Assembly (NCBI GenBank): GCA_010093605.1
Contig: MU004181.1
Span: forward strand, 124,001 to 188,000
Direction: 5' to 3'
DNA: 64,000 nucleotides
Source: Lophium mytilinum
Taxonomy: Eukaryota
Every line of letters starts with the position of its first letter. Position 1 is the first letter of the stretch. Below, one piece after another: positions 12,358-25,027 of the stretch. The position numbers were made by a program, and so were the translations under genes. The notes below the pieces were generated by a model that saw only the letters and a program-made list of their open reading frames with translations, was not told where the DNA came from and ran no database searches.

Positions 12358-13453
12358 AAGCCAAACTTCTAGGACCGTGATTACCTCGTGTTTATGTTGA
12401 GCAAAGGTGGACAGAGCATCCGAGGGTTACGATTGTTGGCATGTCGGGCCTCTCATCTGATCATGGCGAGCTATCGACGGTGTTCTTAGAATTAGTGTTT
12501 GGGCTATCTGACGGTGCAGACATTGGGGTGGGACAACGTTGGATGTGCAGCCATCAGCTCATCACTATACGATCACTCTATGAACAATCAGATCACTATT
12601 CAAACATCTGGAAAAGTCAACTTTGTTTTCATACGAAAGAGTAAGGTTGAGAACCCTGTCATCTTCTCATGTGATATCATGAGATTCTTCTGCAATTCTA
12701 TCAATAACTCAGCTTCATCTCTCTCCCAGCTGGATCGCTTTAAAAAGTGTGCATCTCACAGATAATGGGCCCGAACGTCGCAAGGAGAGCTTTCGATTTG
12801 GTTACCATTGCATCTCATAGTGGCTTGTGTTTTACAAAAACGATTGCTTCCAGCTAGGGCTTGCTCTAAGCTTGTACCAAGATCGCAGATATAAATAGAA
12901 GCCCGTTATCTTGATCACTAACCTGTTCTTTCCCTGAGTTGAGGTTCTTGCTTCTACTCCAGGCGTGCCCATTCATGCGCGGTTCATACCCTCCCTAGGC
13001 TCGAGCAATTATAGATTGGGCAGTATGTAGTTCTGCCTTTAGTTGTTTGAACCGTGCTCTAACAATTCTCTTAGCGATACTATGTATATACAGGGCCCTG
13101 AAATGCTCCAGCTCTCTTACTGCTAGAGGTCTTCGTAGACGGCACGTGCCCGAGTACCACATGACTTTCACCGAGTCCGTCACGTCAGGTCGCCCATGCC
13201 TGAGGCACATTCACCATCCATCGCGAGCAGCATCAACTTTGGCACATGAGCTCTATTTATTCCTTCGGGATTTTCGTGTAGGGATGCAAGCTCTATCTCA
13301 CACCCACCGCACACCCACACCACACTTTGTCCACGTCCGAACAACCGGCATGAGCAACAGTTTCGTACTTATCCACTGCTACCTCATTCCAACACCAGCC
13401 CCAGTTTCTCAACCTCTCCTTTTCCTAACGTGCGGCTAGCTACTTCCAATACA

Positions 13454-14751
13454 ATGGCTACCTCTATCTTGGAGATGATTGCGTCCCTACGCAGTCTTGC
13501 TATCTTTGGCAACAATGTTGATGCACTTCAGGTCCCGGACACCGACGCTCCAGGTCAGCCCACCGTCGACAGCGATCGGCAAGAGATGCCAAAGGGGCGC
13601 TTAATCGACTTCCTCGAGCAACCACACCGCTTTGTGCCCGGTTTCGATACTATCACAGGCTACCTAGAGCCAGCAGATATAGTCAACCTGCGACGTGTTT
13701 CACACAAGCTAGGAGAAGTCTACACGAAGGTCAGAAGACGCAATGGAATATAAACTCATCATTGAGAAAATTCTTCCAAAATCCCGTCAACTTCCGCAAC
13801 AAGCTGGGCGAAGCTGCAGCTATCATATCTGGCAATTTTGTCCTGGACTTCCTAGATCGACGTGCAACGGGTGATCGAATGGACATATTCTTCCATTCCT
13901 ACGATTGGGAGCCCCTAAATGAGTGCTTGGTACAGGAGGGCTATGTGGACACGGATGTACCTTGGAGCAACGATCCCAGAAGCCAATTCGTCGATCCAAA
14001 CGAGGACGAGTTTGGTGACCTCTACTGGCACAAGCTGTTCACGCGCTCTCGGCCTAACGCAGAGCCACTTCAAGTCCACCTCCACGGCGCCAACGGAACG
14101 CCCCTCGCTTGCCTTCTCAGCGCGACAGGCAATCAGCATTCTACGGCTTTTTCAAATTTCATTACGGCGACCACTGTCTACTCCCCCTTCGCCCGCGAAA
14201 CCTTCCTGGACTACCGATCTTATCAACATGGTAAGACACGCCGTGAACAGTGCGGCCACACCCTCAATGCGATCGCTTCCACCGGGCGAAAGACTCTTCA
14301 GCACCGGCTGACAGCTGACAAAAACCGTGTCAAGCACCGAAAGTTCACGGATGGTGAAACCTGGCGCATGGTGCTCCAGAATGAAGGGATCAAAACTCCT
14401 ACTACACCTGACTACGTCATGGATGCCACCACGTTCAAGATAGAAGCGTCGTGGAATTGCGGCTTTTCCACCGTCACTCAGGATGCCGGTCATCCGGTAC
14501 TCGAGCACGCTTGGGTATCGTCGCATTGGGATCATCTTAAACCAATTCTTCAGGGATTACTGGAGATCGAGTTTTACAAGACGCCGCGGAAGAAGTGGGG
14601 TTCGACCTTGGACGCGACACTTACTCGAGATGAAATCTTGGCTACGATCGATCGTGATGATGTGGATGCACTGCCATTTCACGTCAGCACTTTCTATGAT
14701 GATATGATGCTGGAGTGGATTCGGCATGTAGAAGAAGAGGGGCACTTCTAA
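13454..14751 (+). pseudogene. Family A paralogue with a single 1-nt deletion near 13731 (pseudogene or sequence error)
   Basis: aag gt- cag aag acg caa tgg versus aaa gtg cag caa acg caa tgg in the upstream paralogue. Restoring one base joins ORFs 13430..13753 and 13762..14751 into a full-length member. Confidence 0.8.
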
Positions 14752-17700
14752 GAGGGTCGTCAAGACTCACTGATAGACGTCGGGTATTTGAATGTGGCAA
14801 ACCCTTTTGCGTTGAGAACATCAAAGGGACTGAGTGCTAAGTTTGGGATTGGTGACAAGGGGCTTGGGGAATAGACCAACTTACGGTCGTCTTTTCACTC
14901 TTGTCGGCGCTTTTCATTACATGCATCGCCCTAAGGCTAGCCATTAATGAATAGGAAGAAACTGGTACCTATCCTACGTTTCGAAACATCCCTATGATCT
15001 CGGTTGTGAGATACGTAATTGATTTAAGCAGTGTAACTTTTTCCTCTTGAATTTAATAAATTTGGATGAAGAAATCTCCTTTGATCTTTGGAAATGTGGT
15101 CGACATCCTCATGGTTTATTCATTTCTTCATCTTCTAAAACCCGGTTTGATTCACTATCGTCGAGCCTAGCACCTTACGTATCGTCTTCCCCTAAACATT
15201 TGTTCTTCCCCTCTATCAGCTAACTTTCTTTCTCATCATTACAACAACTTTTTGCCCCACATCGTACAGTACTGGGACGAAACTCTAGGCATCGTGATAT
15301 AGGACTCTCCGCCTTCTAATCTTGATCCCTCGATACCACCATGGAGCGGAGCCTAGCCAGCCGTTGGTTAGCAAGTCAAGAGGCAGCTGACTTTCCACTG
15401 CACCCACCTTCTTGTCCCAATTGGAGGAGGAAACCCTCATCGCTTCAACTCTAGCAGTAGTTTGGGATCGCCTAAACTCAGAATGTATCTCGAACGCGGT
15501 GAATGTTTATGATAAGGCATCGATATTGGGCGGTGTCGATGTAGGCGTTTCCTCCGCCGTAGACGATGCCGATATGAAAACGCCGAGACGATAACGGTGA
15601 CGGCGTGAATAGAGGTGAAGGGATTCGAAGATCCTCCGACCACTACTCCAGGGTGAATGAAAAAGATCAAGACAGACGTAATGATGTGCATTCAGCTCCC
15701 GAGGGATTCACCGGGACGATTGATGACGCTCCCAGTCTTCTCGGACGCCTGTTCACTACCCCCGGCTCGAGACTTTAGGATAGCCACTAAGACGGATACT
15801 TCTCTGCGGGTGGCGTACCTCCCTCTGGTCAAGCGGGCCTGTATTATTTTCTGGGTGTCTCTGGGCTCGCATCTGAGTTCCTCTGCTACATCCTCCGTGG
15901 CAGTTTCCTTCCTCGAGCTCAGGAGGCCTATATCAATGGTCTTTGGGACCTCGTGTGCACCAAGGGGATGGCATCGATCGGCGTCTTTCCAAAAAAGGAC
16001 AATGAACGATCCTGTATCCAAAACTCCAGGCTCTCAAATTTTCAACCTCCAGCTTATCCTCATTAACGGTGTTAAAATGTTGATATGACAACTCCATTAT
16101 TCAAGGCTGCTATTGCAAACATACCTTACTTCATCCAAAATCAGCGCACATAACGAGTCTGCCCCAAACCGGAGTGTCTTCGGAACGCGCTTCTGCTTCG
16201 TCAAAGCCTAGATACGCAGAGGCGGTTTTCATTCACTACAACTCAGCAAATAAGTTGCCGTACACCAGATTGCCTCATAGATCCGCTTCCCACATGATGG
16301 TTCTCCAGGAGCATGGCCCTGTGTCCTCTAGAACGGATTTGGGTCAAAATCTTTCAGCGCTGTGCTATTGTGGTATTGGCTGATGTCGGACGGGTAGTTT
16401 CCGAACTTGGCTGTCTCTAAAAGGAGAGCACGTCAGCATTGGCTAAGAGATCTAAAGAACCACGATTTAAATCTTTAAAGCGCATTTAGAATACCGGCAC
16501 TGTCGGTCGCGGTGACGCTCATTGGGGTGGATCTGGAGGCGACTGGCGCCAGTATTTGACCTCTCAACATATGGTAAGACAGCTTGGGGTTGGCAAAAGG
16601 CTAGCTGAGACTCATATCCTCCCCTACCTCGTAAACATGTTGTGAGGAAGAAGGAAAGGCCAACGATCCGTAGCATAGAGACTCGATGCATGGCAGAGTG
16701 CAAAGGAGTAAAGAGCAGACCCAAACGATTCCAAGATTTAGTATACAATGTACCCTCATTGCGGAAAGAGATGAACTCGTCCTCGAGCTAACTCGTTTCA
16801 CCTAACATCTTATCAGCTCCAAACTCCTCATCCAGCTCTCCGATCCTTTCCAAATTTCCAATCCTCTTCCAGCTCTGTAACCCTCCTCAAACAAAATACC
16901 ACTCGAGCCCCGATATCGACTACCTCGGTAGTCCCACGAACGAAGATACCCGTAGGTACTTGATCAACGCCGGGATACTACCTTTGCCATCGCTGCATGC
17001 TCAGCTTCCTCACACTAACCAAGGCATGAACATCGCCGTCACTATCACTGGATAGCGAAAGCAGTAGAAGAACCAAACCCCAGGACATGCGCCAACCACG
17101 GCGACCCACATCTCGTTCAAGATGAAGCGCCCCTCCACAATTGTGCCATGTCACATCTTCCTCTGATCCGAGATGCTTCTGTCGATGAAGATCGAACTCA
17201 GGATTCCAAGGGCGTCGCTGTTGCATTCTGGCATGGTAATCATGATGTCGTACCGATGCGATGGCTCTATTTTGATGTTGTAGCTTGTTTGCTGGGACGG
17301 ATATAAGGGATGGTCATTTGGTGGAGGAATTGAGTGGCACCGGTCTCTTCGTACGGCTTGCTGGTTCCTAAATTGGAGATCTCGGCCTAGTCACCTCGTA
17401 TCGGTCGTCGTGCTTGAGTGGTGAGGGGTTGTCGGCTTGATCGACTGCGCCGGGGGTAGCAGGGTGAGAAAAGAGGTAGGCAGCGTAGAACGTAGTCCTC
17501 CTTGTCGTCGCTGAGCAGGTCAAGGTGTCGCAACTGAGTAAGGTCCTTGTACAGCTGGGAGAGGTCTTTGAAGCATCACTAAGTGAGAATTTGGAGCACA
17601 GTTAGGTGAGGTTTCTATCCAGCTCGTGGACGGATGTGACCTTCTTCTCGCTCTAAAAGAAGACTATGGAGTTTGGGTGCAGGGTGTGGATACAGAAGCG

Positions 17701-19157
17701 ACCGATGTTAACCTTAGACCTCATGTGGCACTAGAAACGTCAGCCGATATAACGTAAACATCCCCAAGAACTTGCACAGGATCGATTCAGATATGGTGAA
17801 GGTACTTGCAGGTAGTTGTGTTGATAGGCAGGTCAAGTATTAATTGGTTGATGGGTCAGTGGGGAAGCTAGCTACACAGAAAGGACAGATACACGGTATT
17901 GCGCTAAGTAAAACCAGTAGCCAGGAGCTGATCCTTCTTGCACTTCTCTTCACTCCCTTCAATGAGTTCGCTCTTCTAGTCGGGTCCTCTCTCTAAGCTG
18001 GTTAGTGTCTACGTTAAAAGAGTGATGGATATACGTACGCTTCGAACCTATTTCCATTGTATTTGGTTTTTAGGACAGCGCAGCGGCTGGTCATACGAAC
18101 TTCGATACGATTTGCTGGTGTTGACTGGCGGGTAGCACCGGCGGCGGGCGGGTCTCCGGCTCGATAAGCTGATGATTGGAAGGTCGAAGATGCGAAAGGG
18201 TTCCCCTTGGAACATGTCGTCAGATTCTGAATCGTTATCCTTGTGATGCGTCTGAGTGGGCCCCTGCCGGAAGATAAGACGGCGGCATGGTGGGAGAGGG
18301 GCACGTTCTGCAGGGCCCATAGAAGAACGCCCTTGATGAACGCGTCGACGGCGGACTTCATGACCGGGCGGAGGGTGAGCTGAAGCGCCACGGGCATGTT
18401 TCCACTAGGATTCTGTCCACGAAGACATCCACGGATTCCACGTCTTGGGCTACGAGGTCCACGGACATCGTCTGTGGTGGTCAACGACGCGACGACGAAC
18501 CTAAGAACCTTCCCGGGACCGACAGAATACAAGGAACGAACACCGAATCGGCCTTTTATCCATTTCCGGTCTTCGAGGTGCTCTCGCTTAGTCCAGGTCT
18601 TTGGAAACACCGGCTGATATCCTACACGGTTGTCAGTATCGATGTATGCTCATGGAGCCAGGAAGTTGCGTACACTAGGTAGGCGATCAGAAGGCCTGTG
18701 AGAACAAGGCACATGCAAGTCCAGATGACCAAACACATCTGCGGATGGTTGACGCAGATGCGGCCGGGTCTAGTGGCTCTCAGGGAGGCTCTCGCGACCA
18801 ACAGGGCTTGACGCTGGCTCTCCAGCATCTTGGCTGTCGCGACGTTGAAGAAGGCGGGTGCCAGGGTGGGCGATGCGTTGAAGACAGCACACCGTGTCGT
18901 GCGCTGGGAGCCTCGTCAACAGACGCATCCTTGTTGTGCTGGTCGTATCTGAGCGAAGTTAGCAACAGATATCGACAAGGCTCACACAGGGAGTGCGGGT
19001 GCCCTCGCAAGAGGGTGCCTTGCTTCGATGTCGGCGAGCAGTGGAGGAGCTTTCGCGACTTACGGGAGATGACTTGCTCTCGAGAAACAGAATACAGATA
19101 ACTGACCGCAATAGAGGAGGCAACCAGGCACGCTCCCCCCATGATGGGTCTGAGTGG

Positions 19158-19307
19158 GCCGGACATCGAGGCGACGTAGACGAAGGAGCCTCCGTTCTTG
19201 TTGTCGATCATAGCACGGGCAACCTCACGGCTGATCTTGAAGGCACCGTTGAGGTTGATGTCGATCGTCTTCTCCCACATATCGTCTTCGTAGGTCTCGG
19301 CGGGGAC
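19158..19307 (-). pseudogene. Isolated internal fragment of a short-chain dehydrogenase/reductase
   Basis: PAETYEDDMWEKTIDINLNGAFKISREVARAMIDNKNGGSFVYVASMSG is a typical SDR central segment. No TGxxxGxG or YxxxK motif was found nearby. Confidence 0.75.
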
Positions 19308-22300
19308 GAGGCGCACCTCGCCCCGAAAAGTAGAACAAAGATAACACACTTCTTTAGAGGAGTTGACCGGCTTTGATGTTTTCGTGTCGGGGGTGATGCG
19401 GAAGAAAAGCAGGGCGGGCCGCAGGCGAATTTGTGGGCGGTGGGTCTTGGCAGTCCCGTGACCGATCCTCGCTGTGCTTGTTGGGGCTAGGATCACCTGC
19501 ACATTCAACAATCAACACCCATCACCCCGCCTCTTACGAGCGACTGGGAATGGTTTCGAGATTCGGGGAACAATCTGGGATTTTAACAGTCATGTCAAGC
19601 ACACAGAACTAAAGTGCGGATCACTTGTATACCAAAGCTAAAAATGCGATTCAGTCTCCATGTGCTACCTATATCCAAAGCCCAGGAGGCACCGAAAGAT
19701 TTCCTATAGATACCAAGCGCAAAAGTTTGTGTAGAGAGATGCCAGAACACGTACCGTCCAAATCAATCCGCTGACTAGTGTCACAGCCTAGCGACCGAAA
19801 CGCCAAATGCTGGTACGGTACCCGCAGGAATCCAGCGAGGAGACATGACAGTACACACTGGTATATTATGTCTAGTCCCGCTCTCCCACTTTACTCTCGC
19901 CCGGCCATCAAACATCACGATTACCATACTGCTGGCGAATTGAAACGGCCCCCAATGCTTTAACGACCGAGCGTAGATTGAGAGAACATCTAGCTTCTCG
20001 AGAGCAATGCAGAATGTTGGAGTAGGTTGAGACTGTGTTTCGCAGCTTGCTGGCTTTGTGGAATGAATTGCAGATTATCAGGATGGAGCGTGTAATTAGA
20101 CCTACCCACTCCTCTTCTCGAGCGCACCTGGTTCACGGCGAAAGGGACATGCTAGTTTCGCCCGAGTAGATTTCAAACACTCCTATGCCCAAGCGAATCT
20201 ACTTGGAAGCGACCCCAAAGGTTCTCGAGTGCGCGCACATGCCGTGCTAGAGGGGTCGCGCTGGGAACAGATCCGTAGCCTTCAACGAGGACTTATAGAC
20301 TTGGCGGACGGGCATGTGCAGGTAACTTCAAACGATACCTTTAGGTCGCGGCGTGCCTCGCTTTTTGGCTGCATCGTAATACGACCCTTGCGGCGTTCGG
20401 GTTCTGCTGGTGGCGGCATGCCGTTACCGGAGCTTTCGAATGCTAGCATTGACATCGGAGCAATTCACAAAGAATGCATGGCGGCAATGAGAGTAGATGG
20501 CGATAACATAGCACACGTGCTCAACTGCTAGTGCTCCGTGTGCTTGCGTGCATTGCCAGTAAAGCGCTGGGATGCTGAGATAAGTTTGATTCCCGCACTA
20601 AAGATGGCAAGCGACGTCCGGTAGATCGCTATCTCCCTCTCGTGAAACTAGATGACTATCGAAGGGGCAGATCTGGCGAAGGCGTGGGCAGTTTGTACGG
20701 CTAGGAAGCATCCACTGTGAGGTCCGTAACTAGATATTAGTGTCCTAGTCGCTCGCAGAACACAATCCTTACATCCGCTTTTGAACGTGAGACTGCAAAT
20801 CTTTGACCCTTTTCGATCTGAATGAGTCCGCTCGAGAGACCGCTCTAATGCATATTTCATATCTCGGTGTCGACCCTTTCATGTGAACGGCACCGCCAGC
20901 TAGCTCATTTGGAAAGCGCTCCGCGCGCTAGGGACTGTCGAATGGAGTTGGGGTAAACTTGCCTTCTTCTTGAACAGCCTGAGAGTGGTTTGCCCCCGGC
21001 GATACCCCCAACCCTAAGTGGTGGAATAGAAATACCAGTAACAGTAGTACATCATCTTCAGGGCGACTCGTGTTAGTCGTCCTCGTAATCAATCGAGTCT
21101 GATGCGTTGGTAGCGCCCAAATGTCCGTCATCCCGGTAGCCAGCACGTGACGGTAGCAAAGTCTAGCCATCGAATTTTCAGGCTGCTTCCAACAATCTTG
21201 TAGACGGCCACTTCACTAAGGTAGACGGCAGCTCTTCCCTACCTACTTTATGCAAGCCTTCACCTTGAAATCTTGTGCGACTCAGCACTATCGTGATCTC
21301 AAGGCGGCGTTGCGATAGCGCTACTCTGGCAGGGAAGGGCAAAGCGGTAGCTGGATAGGAGTGCCGGAGTTTGGGGTGAAACCGGCTTTTCAGGTAATCT
21401 TCACCCAGATGTTGACGTGTACGGGAAACTAGAAGTGAAGCAGACAGCGAAAAAGTGACAGATGGAGATGACCTGCTCTATGGAGATCCTTGGATTCAAA
21501 TCTGTTCAAGAATCGTTAGCTTTATTATGAATTGGCGCAGGTCACCACAGATTGAGCACAAGGGCTGAGAGGCGCCATCAACATGCGACGAAACGCATAC
21601 CTGAGATCTTCAACTGGGCTCAGACTCTGATAACTACATTGTGGCGTCCCAACCCTGGACTACAGCCGGGACATCTATAAGACTCCAGGAATAGAATAAA
21701 AGTCTGCAAGTGACTGATAGAGGTGCTTTCTACGTGCAAATTTGGGCCGTCGCTTAGCCAATGGAAGTGGCCAAGGCAACTGCATGCACAGTCGACGATA
21801 TCACCTCAACGTGCCCAATGTATTATCTGCTCGTTTTATCCCAGTCCCGGGAGGCGAAAAGGCTTCATGGTGGCTCTTTGCAAAGGCTTCGGGGATAATT
21901 TAGCGCTTTCCACTCATAAGTAAAGAAGTTCTGGGGCAAAGTAGTTGCTTAGCCGAAGACGCTCCACAATAGTCTAAGAGTCCAGTAATCTGCTGTCTAG
22001 TTACCTCAGGCAGTCTTGCTTGCCGAAATATTGTTGTTCTGTAAGATTCGAGGTTGTGACTTTGCTAAGGCTGGGAAGCGCCGACATATATGGAGTAGTT
22101 TGAGGGCGTCCTAATAAAGGTGAGGCTGACATATTCTTTGACGAGAGGCCAATTGCGAGAGTAGGCAATGGTACAGCACTAAATGTAGCATCTCGGCGAG
22201 TCAAGCCGTTAGGACGCTTCCAAAGTATCATATTTCCCGTCTGAACTTTCCACCAGTCTCACCCTCAGTCCCGCCTTTCAAAATTAAGATTGTGATATCG

Positions 22301-24889
22301 GGAGAGCGCTGTTCTTTGCTTGCCAACGTGTTCTTTGTATAACACCCAGCGCGCTTTAATATGTGGGGCCTGCTGTTCAGCGATGGCTTAAGGGAAAAAG
22401 TCTTGAAAATCAGAGACTTGCTCTTGCGTGGGTGCCGAATAGGACTTTAACGGATGAGTGCAGGGCCGGGGAGAGCTATGCGAACAAATCCGTGGCACAT
22501 ATAGAGCTGGGAGGTCTGCTATGGTATTGTACTGTAGCTGTTTGCCCGACGGCAATTGCTGAGCGAATGGTGGTCACGAAGATGCTTGGCATTAGCGAAT
22601 TGAGCGACCAGGAACGTGAAGCCATGTCCGGGGCTCAGAAACGCCAGGACGATAGATGACCTTTCTCTTCCGTGCACGCAACGCTTTGGTCGTCGTAAGA
22701 GAATGTGCCTGAGTCAAAAATCCAGGTATGATGCTAGACCTGGCTTCCACAACCAAAGCTCATCAGGTCGCAAACTTTATACTAAGCCGAAGATGAATGA
22801 GAGGCGCCGCTGAAGAGGCTTAGCCGATGCAAAGGAATCCAGTTTTCAAGGCTTTACGGCGTTGCTTGTAGGTGTTTCTTGTTGTGAGATAGTAGGCGTG
22901 TTGTAGGTCAGGCCAGGCCCAAGGCATCCGTGTGTCCGAACTAGGCAATGGGATGCTGCAATACGGCTACGTAATGATGAACATCCGATGAGTAGGGAGG
23001 ATGAGTATCCAGGAATTAAGGCTGAAGAGGGTCTAGTAAGTAGGGCCGACAAGTTTCCAGACACTGAGGAGGAGAAAAGACCGACAACAGGGCTACCTAG
23101 GGACGGGGAAGAGGGGATTGCAGTGTTGGCAAGAGGTGTTGTGTAGGGATTCGACATGGAGGAGGGCTCGAGGGAATGACGTTTACGAAATCCGACCAGG
23201 TTCATAATATCAAGCCTATGCCTCTCTGCGCTAAGTCGAAGGACGATCCTGAAAACCCAGTAACACACGACAGCCTCCTGCATAGGCGCCAGCGTGATCT
23301 TCCTCTTTAACACCTTGGCCACCGCGAGCGGGAGTATGTTGATGTCGACAATCGTGCGTAAGGATGGAAAGGCTGAGCGATGAGCACATGGTAAAGGTTG
23401 GCTTCGAGGAGGAACGCTCTCCCAGGTGATGCCGATGCTGCATTCCAGGGGGCAACGAGCTATATAAGGAACAGACTGATGGGGACGCTAGCAAAGTCTT
23501 CTTGTAGGATGCAAGGGAGCTGGAGTCGCATCTTTGGAGCTTTCCCGTGAGTACTGTGCTCGCGGCCTGGCGGCTGGTGTTGTGGGCGTGACAGCTGCAC
23601 AGTCCATTGACGGCAGTCAAGCCGGCAAGTAGTAGATTCGAGATGAACTACACATCGGCGGAAGTAGAAGATGAGTAGAAACCAGCATCTCTGTGGTATC
23701 ATTGGAAGGCTTTGGACGGCTGCGAGCTGGTCGGCCAGTGCTGGAGGCCCGGCGCCCAGTCTACTGCCACCCTGCCAACCCCAGCGACGCCATCGTCAAA
23801 ACAAGCCACGCAATTTGGGCGAGGACAGCGGCGCGCACCGTCCACGCTCGCACTAATCAAGAGGGGGCCGCGTGGCAATTGGGGAAGGCAAACGCAGGAT
23901 GTATCCAGAAGCAGCTGGCGTGAACGCTTCAGACAGCAGCGCACCCACGATGGGTGGGCCTAACGGCGCTCTCCCGAGCAGGAACTTGCCATCCTTGCGA
24001 AAAGTTGCCGGCCAGTTCCTCACGAGCTCGTGGACTGTGATGTCGCCGGTGACGAGCAAGGCTAGCAGCTTGTCTATGTGCCAATCGCCGAGTTGTACCC
24101 GCCGAGGGGGTAGATGCGTTCGGTCAATCGGGCAGTAGAACAGGTACAAGGCGAGATCGTATTCCGCCGGGGGAATGGGTTTGGCGGGATGGGCCCGACG
24201 CCGTTCTTCAATTTAGGGCGGGATAACGCGGTCAGGTGGAGGGCCAATTTACCAGTGACCTGCTCAACTCGAAGAAGATTGAGGAGCTCGCCGCCAAAGA
24301 TGAGGCTGCCGAGAGCTCGGCGATGTGGTCAAGTCTGGGTGGTGGAGAAAGCAATAGGTTTGAAGTCGAAAGCTTCACGGAGACCGCGGGAGCTGTAGAC
24401 AGGGCGTCGATGCGGCGGCTTGTGGTGCTGCGGTGTGAGCAGAGGTAGGCAAAGATGCTGTTCGAGGTACTGCTGTCGAACGATGAGCTGCTGGAAATAC
24501 TAACCTATTTCTTCATGCGCTTCATAAGATTTACAGACAAAATGTTGATGAGTGATCTTGCTCCTAGGACACGTAACAAGCGAGCACCAATTAGAGCCTG
24601 CTAGGTAGGCTTTAGGGGGCTCGAGGGGTGCTGCAAGCAGTTACTAGAACGTCGGGCTAGTGGAGCAACTGAGGCTGACGATCAAGCCGGCGTGCCCGGG
24701 AAGTGCACTGCTACCCGAGACATTCGGGCCGGTAGGACGGGAGCTGCAGACGAGGCGGTGGACTCGAATCCCGCCTAGCTGTGAGTGCCCTTCGGCATGA
24801 CTACACGGGAAGGTGTGCGCATCAGGTACCCCAGACCCGGACGGCCCTATTCTCTAACTATATATTTGCTATAAGTTAGAATGTTTCTC

Positions 24890-25027
24890 GCCCTCACCTG
24901 TTCACGGTGAGGGTGGTTGTGAACATCGCTAATATCTATCATAGCATATAACAACGGAACCCGGGTTCGACCCCCGTGGAAGGCGTGATTACCTCCTTTG
25001 AGTCCTTAGGAGGAAAACATCTTTTTT
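24890..25027 (+). ncRNA. Putative Pol III small RNA, unrecognised family, copy 1
   Basis: TATATAT at 24859 (-31). Hairpin GCCCTCACC-TGTTCAC-GGTGAGGGT, then TGGTTGTGAAC, then GCTAAT..TAG (ends 24944). B box GGTTCGACCCC at 24964, GAGTCCTTAGGAGG, T6 at 25022-25027. Confidence 0.7.

Noticed and set aside
18780..19511. Full-length SDR gene (243-aa ORF)
   Set aside because: Only ~50 aa are SDR-like; the cofactor-binding and catalytic motifs are missing.
15050..24500. Several short ORFs (e.g. 15692..16021, 18014..18610, 22846..23322, 23693-24448)
   Set aside because: Possibly decayed coding remnants, but no motif, paralogy or consistent gene model could be supported.
24890..25027. U6/U6atac snRNA, 5S rRNA or spliced-leader RNA identity
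   Set aside because: No ACAGAGA box or U6 core, no 5S sequence and no clear Sm site. An internal branch point and 3' splice site argue against an SL RNA.
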